Assembly: GCA_053919585.1 (NCBI GenBank) | Contig: CM132818.1 | Length of the DNA: 64,000 bases | DNA from: Euprymna scolopes | Taxonomy: Eukaryota | Direction: 5' to 3' (one strand) | Notes under the pieces: generated by a model | Seen by the model: only the letters and a program-made list of their open reading frames with translations | What the model was told of the DNA's origin: nothing | The model's database searches: none | Shown here: piece after piece, positions 53,711 to 64,000 of the stretch | Layout: each line of letters begins with the position of its first letter | Position numbering within the stretch: position 1 is the stretch's first letter | Position numbers and translations under genes: made by a program

Positions 53711-54593
53711 TAAACTAAACAGGATAATTTAGCCAAAGTTCGTTTGGTTCAATACAAATGCTATAGAAGCAGGATTTTTTTTTTTTTTTTTTTTTAAATA
53801 TGGTATTTTGAAATACTTTAATTTTTAAGAAGCCAACTCAAAAAAGTAAATAAAAAGATCCAAGGCTAGAAATATTTAAAATTCAGCCAAAATCTATGCT
53901 GCATAAAATAATGAGTTTTTGATAAACACCGTTTGCCAATTTCTGATTTCAAATGTACACTATTTAAAGGATAAATATTTTAAGGATTGAAAATTATATA
54001 TGGAATGAATAGAGTTCAATTTATCACAAGTATTTGATATAGAATTTAAAGACGGCCATAGTGTCATCTGCAGGGAATAAGTACCATACTGACAAGTTCC
54101 ACAAATAAAAATCCCTTGGAAAGGAGCTCTGTTCATGAATGGTACGATGATACCACTGCCAGAACTGGCAAAGGCTTGTGCTATCAAGTTTGTGAAAACT
54201 TGAATTTCTTAGAACAGTCTAGAATTGCTGACCTACAGTTCAAAGTACAAAAATCTATGCCAGTAAGTTGGTAATAAAATTTTTAAAATCTTTCATTTCT
54301 TACCCCTCAAGTGTTCCTCTCTCTCAACACATTAGGTAGCGTTAATTCTAATCACATGAAATGCCCCTCCCCCTTCAATGGAAGGAGTAAAATCTTGAAT
54401 TCAGTTTGGTCTATGGCTTTGAAGCATCAAGAGATGTCCATCTTATGAATCCTTAGATTCCTGGGTTTCCTGCATCCCAAATAACTGGTAAACTCAAACT
54501 CATCCTATCATATTTTTATCCCTGTTCAGAACTAAAACTTTCTCATAACCAAATTATTTCCCTTCTATATAAATAAAACAGATGTATGCATGT

Positions 54594-54840
54594 TTGTATG
54601 GCACAATCATGTTGACACACCAATTTGCTAGATCACCAAAGTTAAGCAACATTGAGCCTGGCCAGTACCAGATGGGTGACCATTTGGGAAGGCTAGGCGC
54701 TGTATGTACCTTCTGGGAAGGTTGGACGTAGGGCCAGCACCCTCACCCTGTAATAAAAACTCTTCGCTACAAAAACATCTACAACAATTGTAGATGGCCT
54801 ATGCCCCTCCAGGGGCTTAAGGGCTATAGATGGATGGATG
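54594..54840 (+). mobile_element. 5S rRNA-derived SINE (SINE3-like) with RTE-like body and tail
   Basis: 54594-54706 aligns by eye to animal 5S rRNA (gatcacc.aagttaagcaac.t.gagcc.gg..agtac..gatgggtgacc...tgggaa...g.gctgta). It is followed by RTE-like 5' and 3' motifs and a (GATG)n tail. Confidence 0.8.
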
Positions 54841-55073
54841 TTCGAAAATATTTAACCAATAAACTCTTAAACTACTGATAACATAGCACTGAAATTAATA
54901 GGAAGTAGTAAACACACCAAGTATTGTTTATAACCAGTAAAATCTTTGGATGGATGAATAACATGGCAGCAAATTGAAATGCAAAATGTTTGTCAACTTG
55001 CCGACATTTCTATTATTTTTCACATGCGCAAGCTCATTCATAGCTTGAAGTGGTTTAATTTTAAATCTTATCT

Positions 55074-55145
55074 ATAACTCAAATGGTAGGGAACATGCCT
55101 GGAGTGCTGAATGTTTTGGTTTCGATTCTAGCTGATGGCACCCAA
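55074..55145 (+). mobile_element. Decayed tRNA-like SINE head or tRNA pseudogene
   Basis: A-box-like TAACTCAAATGGTAG and B-box-like GGTTTCGATTC. No intact cloverleaf. Confidence 0.4.
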
Positions 55146-56656
55146 ATCATTTTTTAAATCTTGAAATCAGTACTATATATTAGGTGCAATATAATTGTTA
55201 ATAGTGAACTAGCTCTGTAGTAATAGGAAACGAATTAAAATATATTCAAGCATATTTTAAGACTGGGTATCCCCCCCCCCCTCTTAATACTAACATGTGG
55301 TTGATTAGGTGCGAGAGCATAGAAAAGTTATTGAATTGATAAGCTACTTTGTTTTGTTGTTTGGGTTACCGTTTCCTTTCACGGAAGTTTGGTATTGAAT
55401 TTGAGATAAGATTCAAATGAATGTTAAAAAAGGAAAATGGTTTTAATTGCTATTCTTTTTCTGATTTGTTGAAATTTGCCCTTTTCACTTCTAAAGCAAA
55501 TAGTTTTTACAGGAACGTGTGAAGTCGATATTTTTAAACCAATAAAAATTGGTTTCAAACTCCTAAAGTATGAATCCTGTGTGAAATTTACAGCCTATAA
55601 GAGTGGCCTAGTCAAGTGAAACCAGAATTCTTCCAGGTGACACCTGCAATGTGCCAGGACAACTCAATGTCAACATGGCCCAGGATAAAAATCCTGGGCT
55701 CCCAAAATCAAAGATTAGACCATTCCTGTAAGGATCTGGGTTCTATTGATTATGGTGGGAGTTTAATTCTGTGCAGTTCTAAGAGGTCTGCCTTTCCAGG
55801 CCTTGCCTTCTGAGGAGAGTTTATTGCTAATCACTTGAGGTGCCCTTACCGATGGACTGCCCAGGCACTTTTTGCAAGTCAGAGTGCTCCTCCTTGGGAG
55901 TGATCACTTCCCAATCCCACTTTCAACCTTGGTGTCAAGTTCTTGCAGTGGGAGAGAATTAAACAACTTGAAATATTTGACTCGAGTGTCTCACTGAAAT
56001 TTAAGCCTGCTGCAACATCTCCAGGGAACTCCTACACATACAAAACATTGAAAACAAACTGACACTTTATTTAAAAACTAAAACCCAACAAACTTTAGTC
56101 TTTCAAAGTATATCTTGCATGTCTAAAATTGTTGATATAAATATATTTTGTTAATTTATTTTTCATTTCAAAATTCCTATTAAACAAGGTAGCACTTGCT
56201 AACTAGTGACTTATTCATAACATAAGTAATTTTTCATTCATCCATTTAACTACATATATTGTTAGTGCTGTTCTGGGCACTTTTCAAAGATACCAAAAAT
56301 ATATGTGTAGTCAGGAGGCGGCACTACAAACGTAGCATTTTACTCGGACATTTACCCATTTTGAAACCTCGGATTTATGTTGGTACAGATTTAATTATAA
56401 ACCCTTTGTGGGCATATGAATAGGAAAACTGACTTCTCAAAAACTTCAGAAAAAACTGCATATCTGAATTAACATTTCGATATATTTTCTAATTACAGAT
56501 TCCGATTCTTTATGAATCTAAATATTTAACTATTGAGTTTCTCAGATTACAGTAAAAACGCATATTAAATGTGCATATATTTTCTCAAAAAACAACTTGT
56601 GGGTGGGGGATCTATAGATTTTAATTTTACTGGTAGTTTAAAAATCAATTTTATTA

Positions 56657-57065
56657 CTAGCCTGGGTGCCCGGAGGTGTGTTGAGGAAAAAAAAAAAAAA
56701 AAAAAAAAAGTGGTGGTAGGCAGGCAGGCTCAAAACAGTGACGCGAAGGCAGAAAAGAAAGTGAAAGAAAATCTGACATCTTAGCCAATGTCTCCATGGT
56801 GTAACCAGAAGCCAAAAGTGTTGAAATTTACAAAAGTTAATCTAACAGTGACGATAACTTGCTAAAATGTCGGCGGGGGGGGGGGGGTTCAACCAATGGC
56901 CGAGTTTAGGGTGAAGGAATTAACGTTTTTGGCCAATTTTTCAATATTTGTCATCAGAGACATGTCGAGCTTCAAAATATTACTGATCATATCGGAATCC
57001 GTTGCCTCTGTTGAAAGTTTTTGCGAGACATACATTTAAACAGACAGGTGAGATTATATTATAGA
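56657..57065 (-). mobile_element. Helitron-like family A copy
   Basis: Minus strand TCTATAATATAATCTCACCTGTCTG ... ccgggcacccaggCTAG|T. Confidence 0.7.
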
Positions 57066-57411
57066 CTACCAGCAGTGGAAGATTTTGTTTTAAACAAAAA
57101 TTAAAGGAATCGTTTTTGGCATTCTTGATTCTGATACCCCAAAAAGTTCCGGTTCCAGATTTCAATTAATTATCCCAACACTGAATACCGGTTTCATAGG
57201 TCATTGTTCTGCAAACACTTGACCCTTCTAATCAATTTCAATTATTTAAGATCCTCACATTTTCCTTAAAATAAAGAATTGAATACAAGTTAAACTTGTT
57301 TCATTTATGCATTTCTGAAATTATAATTCCAGTGAGGGGCTTTTCATCAAGATTTGTTTTTTCATTGCAGTAGGAAGAGGTTCTTACTGTTAAGGAGGAA
57401 CCAGTTTAGCA

Positions 57412-57448
<37 letters not shown>

Positions 57449-57554
57449 GGTGAAAAACTAGCAACACAAATGAATACATTTAAGGCAATGGCAGAAACAC
57501 TATAGGAAGGCCTCCAATCTGTAGAGGAATACGAACAAAAGAATGTAAGAAAGC

Positions 57555-57765
57555 CCTCTATTCTAATAGTTTCTTCCCCAGAACTACTAGATTTTGGAAT
57601 TCCCTTCTAGGTTATTGCTTCCAACTGTACTGACATACAGAAGTTCAAGTGTAATGTGAACAGACATCTTGCTGCTCAACTCCCTATATAGTATCCTTGC
57701 AATGCATGTCCCTGATAGTTCCACTTTGATGTAGAAGGCTACTATGTCTTGTTTGGTGAGAAAAT
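57555..57765 (+). mobile_element. 3' end fragment of the same CR1/L2-type LINE family
   Basis: Matches about 51570-51756 and the reverse complement of 16128-16341. Confidence 0.8.
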
Positions 57766-58965
57766 TTGAAAAACCCTGTGAAACAAAGCCCCCATCAAAA
57801 GATTCACTAATCTATGTGATATAAGTCAGCACATCAGCAGTTGCCCTAGCATGCCAAAATTCATACTGCTCGTCACTAAGTTTGCTTATATTGAGGTGCT
57901 TGACAGTCTTGATTTATCACAAACACAAGTAACATACAAGACTAATCAAAGTCGAATCACCAGTATTTTTAAATACTAGAAAAAAAATATTCCTATTTAC
58001 TTGCCTCTTTACAAGGGCAGAATTAGACACCAGGTCGGTTTTTAATGCGAGGAAAATCCAGCTCCCAAAAAGGGCCATTCTAGATAAAAATAAAAAGTGT
58101 CTCTAATGAAAAATTTCTCAAGTGACCAAGGACAAGAAAAAGGTGAAGTGTAGCATGAGAACAGATACACTTTGATCAACTTGCTGCTAAACCATAACAT
58201 GTGGTTTTTGCCATGTTGAAACTATTTAAAACTCCAAAGCCTAAGATGGCAAATCAATATTATCCAAGATAGCATTTCTTCAAAGAGCCAGCCATGGTTT
58301 AACAGCAGCACTCTCCCAAAGTATTTTTACTCACCACCTCCAAACAAAACAAGGGTGTAACCCTCTGTTGACAAGGTCATGCTCAGTTATCTGGGACGAG
58401 GATAGAGTAGTGATTTACTGGCAAACCACAATTACAGGAACCTAATTTCTTCAAAAGTGAAGAATAAGAGAAACTAGCAAAAAAAGAAGCAGAGCAAGAT
58501 CAGCAAAGTATCCTTTTGCAAGAAATGTTCCAACTTTACACTTAACTTTCGTCTCTTTCCAGCCATGAAGTGGTTTTTGAAAGAGTTTCCCTTAAATAGT
58601 GCAGCCTTGATTTCTGAGGCAAGTCATGTCAGTGCTTGTCACATCTGAATTATTCTATAAAAACAATCTCCAGAGATGAGATATACATAACTTAGAGTGG
58701 TTTTCTATGTAATGAAAAACTGTGGTAGGTTTTGCTTAACTGCTGTAAGAAGTGGGTCAGGGGGTATTACTTATTGAACGCACCCTCGTATGCAGTAGTA
58801 CATTCTCCTAAAAAAATTCCAGACCAAACAGCCAGCCTTCATTTAGCAGCAACACTCCTGAATGTGGTGCTGTTACAAGATCATGATTCATGGCTGTTTT
58901 TAACTATTTAAAGGGTATGAAACACCATACTGATTAACCAATCAGAGGCAACACACAGCATACAT

Positions 58966-59008
<43 letters not shown>

Positions 59009-59129
59009 CAGAATCATTTCTGAGATGATAGAGCTAAGACTATTCCAAATAGTTTTGAAGTATAGATACACTCTGCAATTGAAAATACAGTAGTGTTTCG
59101 TTTTATGGAAGTCGCTTCAGACAAGACAA

Positions 59130-59345
59130 AGCCATTTGATGTAAGAAGCTAACAAGAGCAAGAGTTATCACAAAGATGTCTATTGGCCTTAGTAAGACTA
59201 AGGTTATAGGCAGGAAGAAAGTTACACAAAACTGCCATCCTTGGAAAGAAGCTACTGGCATAAGCTGTATCATGAGGTATCAAAACAGCGAGTTGGAGAC
59301 CACTAGACCAAGGAGTCAAACGAGCTGAAACAGAAGCAGGTAATA
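59130..59345 (-). mobile_element. CR1/L2-type LINE 3' fragment
   Basis: TAYASSFFPRMAVLCNFLP.YNL...NRHL resembles the SFFPR....WN.LP C-terminal motif. Confidence 0.6.
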
Positions 59346-59364
59346 ATAGATCAGATAAAAAGGA

Positions 59365-60000
59365 GGACAAATAGATGGTTGCACTTAATGCAACCAACAC
59401 AAATCTCCTTTCCTTTGAGAAACCTTATCAACCATCAAATGCAATGGTTGATAGCACCCTTTTAAAGAGTTCAACATTCAAACTCCAGCCTAATGATATT
59501 CACAGGTAGCATAAACTGAAATACATAGAAGATACTGCCAAGTCTGCAGAAACTGCAGCGTTGGTCTTTATCAGATAAGGAAATTCTCATGCCTGCTAGT
59601 ATTCTGTATCTTTATGAAACCACAATTCGCCCATGCATGGAGTATAGTTGCCACATCTATGCTGGTGCACCAACCACTAGTCTCTCCCTCCTAAACAGGG
59701 TGCAAATAAGAGTTTCTAACACTGTCTACCAAACTCCAGCCATGTCTCATCACCATAAATGCTGCATTCTCAATGTGCTCCAAACTTACTGCACTTTTAT
59801 CTTCCTAATGGGCAATGTCAAAATTTCTAACTTAATAGGTTAACAAGCTTTAATCATGTCGCATCCCTGTGCTTGTTTTACAAGTACTTCAACAGAACAT
59901 ACTTCAATTATACTTCACGCCAATACAACCAGCAAAATCACCCCTTCACTGTAGAGATCTCTAGATGCTGGAAGGTTTTCTACTCTAATAGCTTCTCAAA
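59365..60000 (+). mobile_element. Decayed CR1/L2-type LINE RT C-terminus
   Basis: SILYLYETTIRPCMEYSCHIYAGA..TSLSLLNRVQ and VASLCLFYKYFN. Homologous to 51050-51580. Confidence 0.8.
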
Positions 60001-60212
60001 CTCGAAATCTAGTGGAATAGAGAAGTAAAAATAACTGAAACCGACAGAACCAGAGTTTTCCTTCTAAACAAATTGCCCTACCAAGGCTCAGACGTAGTCA
60101 TTTCACCTATAGCACATGAGATGATGCATACCTCTCCCTCACATTAATGTATTTTGAAAGAATAAGCACTACATACCATGTCCAGTTGCTGCCAATAATT
60201 GGCATTCCATTA

Positions 60213-60314
60213 CTTAAAGCACCCAGTAAATTCCCAAGTGGTCATACCTCTGACCAGGCTCAACGTTACTTAACTTTAGTGATCCAAAAAGCATTTCAAT
60301 GTAATACAACCATA
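60213..60314 (-). pseudogene. Second, more decayed 5S rRNA-derived sequence
   Basis: Minus strand tatggttgtattacattgaaa...gatcactaaagttaagtaacgttgagcctggtcag...tgaccacttgggaatttactgggtgct follows 5S rRNA with deletions. Confidence 0.65.
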
Positions 60315-61625
60315 ACCAAAAGAAAATATTGCATTTGGAGCTGGGTCCCAATAGCGTTGACAAATGAGTTTGCTGTCTAAGGTTTTGTTAAAAGAAAAAA
60401 AAAAAAAAAGCGGGTGCAGGAATTTCAATGATAGCCAAACAATAGATCTGTTGTAAGACAGGAAAAGTAGTTAAAAACGACATTAATTTACCAGCAATCT
60501 TTCTAGGACATGGTTATGTGGTTAAAAATTGTATTTTCTGAATCGAGAAATTGAAGTCATTTTTACAAATAAAATATATCAAGTTAGGATTTGATAAAGC
60601 AAATAAGTTTGAATAGATTTCTCTGTAGAAGACAGAATGAGGATTTCAGGAAGGAAAACATCTCAAGTCAAGGGTTAGATTCAGAAGAGATTAGCTTTTG
60701 ACAGAGCTTCACACCTTATCCTTTCTGGCAGGCATTTTGATATATGCCAAAGCTTATTTCAAAGTGTTCAGCTTTCCACAATAGGTCTGCAGTGATGACA
60801 AATATGTTGAAAAATATTCAGAAAATCGTTTTAAAAAATGTATATCCTTTTTAAAAAGGATAGTAAGTTTTATAATTAAGAAAAATTAACTTGTACTGTT
60901 TTGTAATAAAGACGGTTGGATCAGGAGTTTTATTTCCACTTGTTACAGGCAAGTAAGAAATTGAGGGATTTACTTTAATTTTGCAGTGAAAATTGGAGCA
61001 ACAGAAAACTAAAAGGCTAATTTGGGGGGGGGGATGTGCATCTTAGTTTTGTTCTTAGTATGGAGAGTTTAAAGTTTGACACATTTCAAATCAGCATATT
61101 TGCTGAACTATAAAAAGGTAAGATAAAATTGGTCTCATTTTTAAACTAAAATTCAATAATTTTTTTTTTTGCAAGGTTAATGATTTTTTTCAAATCCAAT
61201 AATGATGTTCACTTTACCAGAAAAACCGGTCTGCTTCCTTGAATTTGCAAATGGTGAATCATGAACATTTGTTTAACATGCATTTTGTAGAAAATTCCAA
61301 AGATATACTAGAGAGTTCATAATGAAATAGGATGGTAAATTTATAAAGAATTGGTGTTGCTGCCAAACTAAAACAATGTAATGCCTCTCAACTTTAGATA
61401 TGAACTGCTTTTGAGTAGAGGATCCATAAAATCAGAAGAGCCAGTAGGGAACAACTGGCTTGTAGGTCTTAAGACAATTATGCATGTCTAGTGGGACGTG
61501 CCCAAATTCCACGGGGGGGGGGATTCATATGTAATATATTGATGTCAGCATTCTGTAGATATTCAGCATAAATGGAGACATCGATATTGTAGCTATTGTT
61601 AAAACTGCAAAAGTATTTATCCAAG

Positions 61626-62028
61626 CTAGTAGAGATGCCCGACGTAGCCAGGTGGTAATATACAATTAAATCTACTTTAATTCTTGCAAATTTTGTATAT
61701 TACAGAGTCATGTTCTATCGATTTTTATATCTTATAAAGCAATTTCAAAAATATTTTGGGTTCAGATTTGGAACAAACACGTTCCTTCAGTTATAATCGG
61801 AACCAAGACCCATGAAGAATTCTTGATAAAATTATTTAAAAGAAATTGGAGTGCCATTAGCTATGATTATGATTGAGGAATTCTTGGTAAAATTATATAA
61901 AAAAAAAAAAAAATGCCATCAGCTCTTATCGAACCTTATGAAGAATTGTTGGTAAAATTATTACAAGAAATGCAAGTACATAACAATCAAATGACACAAA
62001 ATAACATGCTATCGTATTGATATATAGA
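61626..62028 (-). mobile_element. Non-autonomous Helitron-like element (family B) with three internal subrepeats
   Basis: Minus strand A|TCTATATA ... cctggctacgtcgggcatctctaCTAG. Internal ga.gaatt.ttg.taaaattat occurs three times. Confidence 0.55.
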
Positions 62029-62789
62029 TTACCAGTTACAAGGAGTCCAATAGTTGCAAGACACTATACCCAAAACTTCTGGAATACCCTGTTGAATGAA
62101 TGAATGGTCCTCATTACAATGATTGTAGGAAGATACAAACTAAAACTCAATTATCTACGAGGAGATGTTACAGCTTGAAACCGCTTTTTTTTAATAATTA
62201 AGTTTATATTTGGATTATTTGGACTACAAATCACGTTTTAGCTGATATAACTTTCGACCTTTAGTTGTATTATGTCGAACTGAATTTTTATTGAATTTGA
62301 AAAATCTGCATGGAATGTTGAACAGTACCCTTTATTCAATCCAAAGGTAGCATGCTCTTGTTCCATCAGCCATGACCAGTTAGAAATTCCATGCAGATTC
62401 GAGAGTTCAAAATACACCTGAAAGTTTAAGGCTACCTCAGCCAGAACGTTGTGCAAATAACACTAAAGATGAAAACTGAATCCAAATGATAAAAATCAGA
62501 AATTAAAATTCTTTATATGCTAAAACAGATTTTAATGTTTATAATTTTTTTCGTGAAACATTGGTTTTTCTTGGAAGAAATATTGTAACTGCAATCTGCC
62601 TTTAACTAGCCGAGTGCTGTCCGTTTCATTTAAACATCAATTTCCTATTTTGCTTGCACAGTTGCCACGAAAGCATTTTCTGTTGGTGTGATTGCCCCTT
62701 TTATATACAAGCACATTCCTGTACAATAAAATCAAATGTAGCATAAAACTAAAAATTTAATGGCGGATGGACACAAGGTAGTGATTTTG

Positions 62790-62820
<31 letters not shown>

Positions 62821-64000
62821 CTTAGGCTCCAAGAATTCAACATTAACAAATGTGTACGATTGTTTCAGAGATGACAAATTTTTATTGAAATAAAGCCTCA
62901 ACACCGGAATTAGACACCAAATCGAAATTTTAAACATGATAAAAGATTAAAGTGCTGTATAAACAGTTATTCTCACTTTAGTCTTCATCAAAGACTTCAT
63001 TTTCCATATAGCTCTGGCACTCATTTCTTTTACCACAGAGTTGGGATTATATGGGATTATATCTAGTACTTTAAACACTTGGGTCACCATACATATGCTT
63101 ACTCTTACAAATAAAAGTTAAGCCGTCAAATTTGTTCTCCGACTGGTTACAAACGTTTATGAAAATATATAAGCGTGTATGTCAAAACTTAGTTTGAGAA
63201 TGACCAACGATTTGTTTTGAGGATTGATTTTTTTTTTTTAAAGACAGGTTATCTGGGAGAATTATTTCTATTGAAAATCAATGTGATCTCCCATGAAATC
63301 ATGAATGTATATTTCCTTTTGATAAGCGTAAGAAAACGCTTCAAAATATTTTGCAATTATGATTTTAAATACATTAGCAACTTGCAGGTAAAAAGTCTTG
63401 GTAGTACTTGATAAGCATGCATGCCATCTGCACTTTCAATAGTGCAAAAAAAGAAAAGTGATTGAATCAATATAGAGCAAGAGAATAGCAAGGGGAGATA
63501 AGTTACTTAAATTCCTTTTCAAAACAATAGCAGCAAATATTGATGCTAGAATCAATTGGTAGTCATAGAAATAATTTGGATGAACGAATTCAGCTTCGTC
63601 ATTGGTTATCACATTCCCACTCTAGGCCAAAGTTGACCTGGGAGCAACAATAACTAAAAGGTAACTCCACCTTCCTCACAGCCTCCAAATGTGGCCTCAC
63701 CACTGGATTTTTTTTATCTGCAAGACAAATTGAGTTTGTGGCAAAGATGTTAATGTTTTTCATGAAGGGGCAATTTCTTATTTAGGAAAAGAGTTGATTC
63801 AAACCACTAAGTAGTAACAAACAGATAACAGTTAAGAGTCAAAAATGAAAAGCAGAGTTCTTCCAGAAAATTAACTTTTTATAAAAGAAATAAAGAGACG
63901 AAAAGGTATTTACTTTTGAACTACAACATTCAACTGTTTTTATTCAGATGAATCATGCTATTATGTACTGCTTAGATTTAAGAACTGTGTCCTGCGATGC

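Noticed and set aside
54594-54706. Functional 5S rRNA gene
   Set aside because: Many substitutions and indels, no oligo-T terminator, and fused to a retroposon-like body.
59130-60000. Twin-priming inversion of one LINE
   Set aside because: The opposite-strand fragments cover overlapping C-terminal RT regions with different sequences, so they are better explained as two independent insertions.
62238-62456. Short ORFs at 53960-54187 and 62238-62456 as upstream glutaredoxin/DEP exons of the DUF547 gene
   Set aside because: No recognisable motifs and no consistent splice-site pairs.

Overview
AT-rich, repeat-dense eukaryotic DNA. The repeat landscape looks invertebrate and mollusc/cephalopod-like, but that is inference only. 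There is one assembly gap (44528-44658). Nearly all ORFs in the supplied track are spurious or transposon remnants. One real host gene can be assembled by hand on the minus strand: a DUF547-family protein with five phase-consistent exons (23843 down to 9788, 246 aa recovered) plus a candidate first exon near 27.1-27.2 kb. It has a textbook U12-type (minor spliceosome) intron, and the family's usual CxxxxCP motif is rewritten as WGCKSSP. The rest is mobile DNA: a decayed Ty1/copia element (GalEa-like, tRNAi-Met PBS), CR1/L2-type, RTE and Penelope fragments, Mariner and Chapaev3-like remnants, several non-autonomous Helitrons (one nested in another), MITE-like elements and tandem arrays. The most unusual items are a 5S-rRNA-headed SINE with a bipartite RTE-like body, a tRNA-headed SINE whose tail carries a decayed hammerhead-ribozyme-like core, and a 1.2-kb satellite built from the 5' terminus of the adjacent Helitron. 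All calls come from reading the sequence and recalled motifs; no searches were run.
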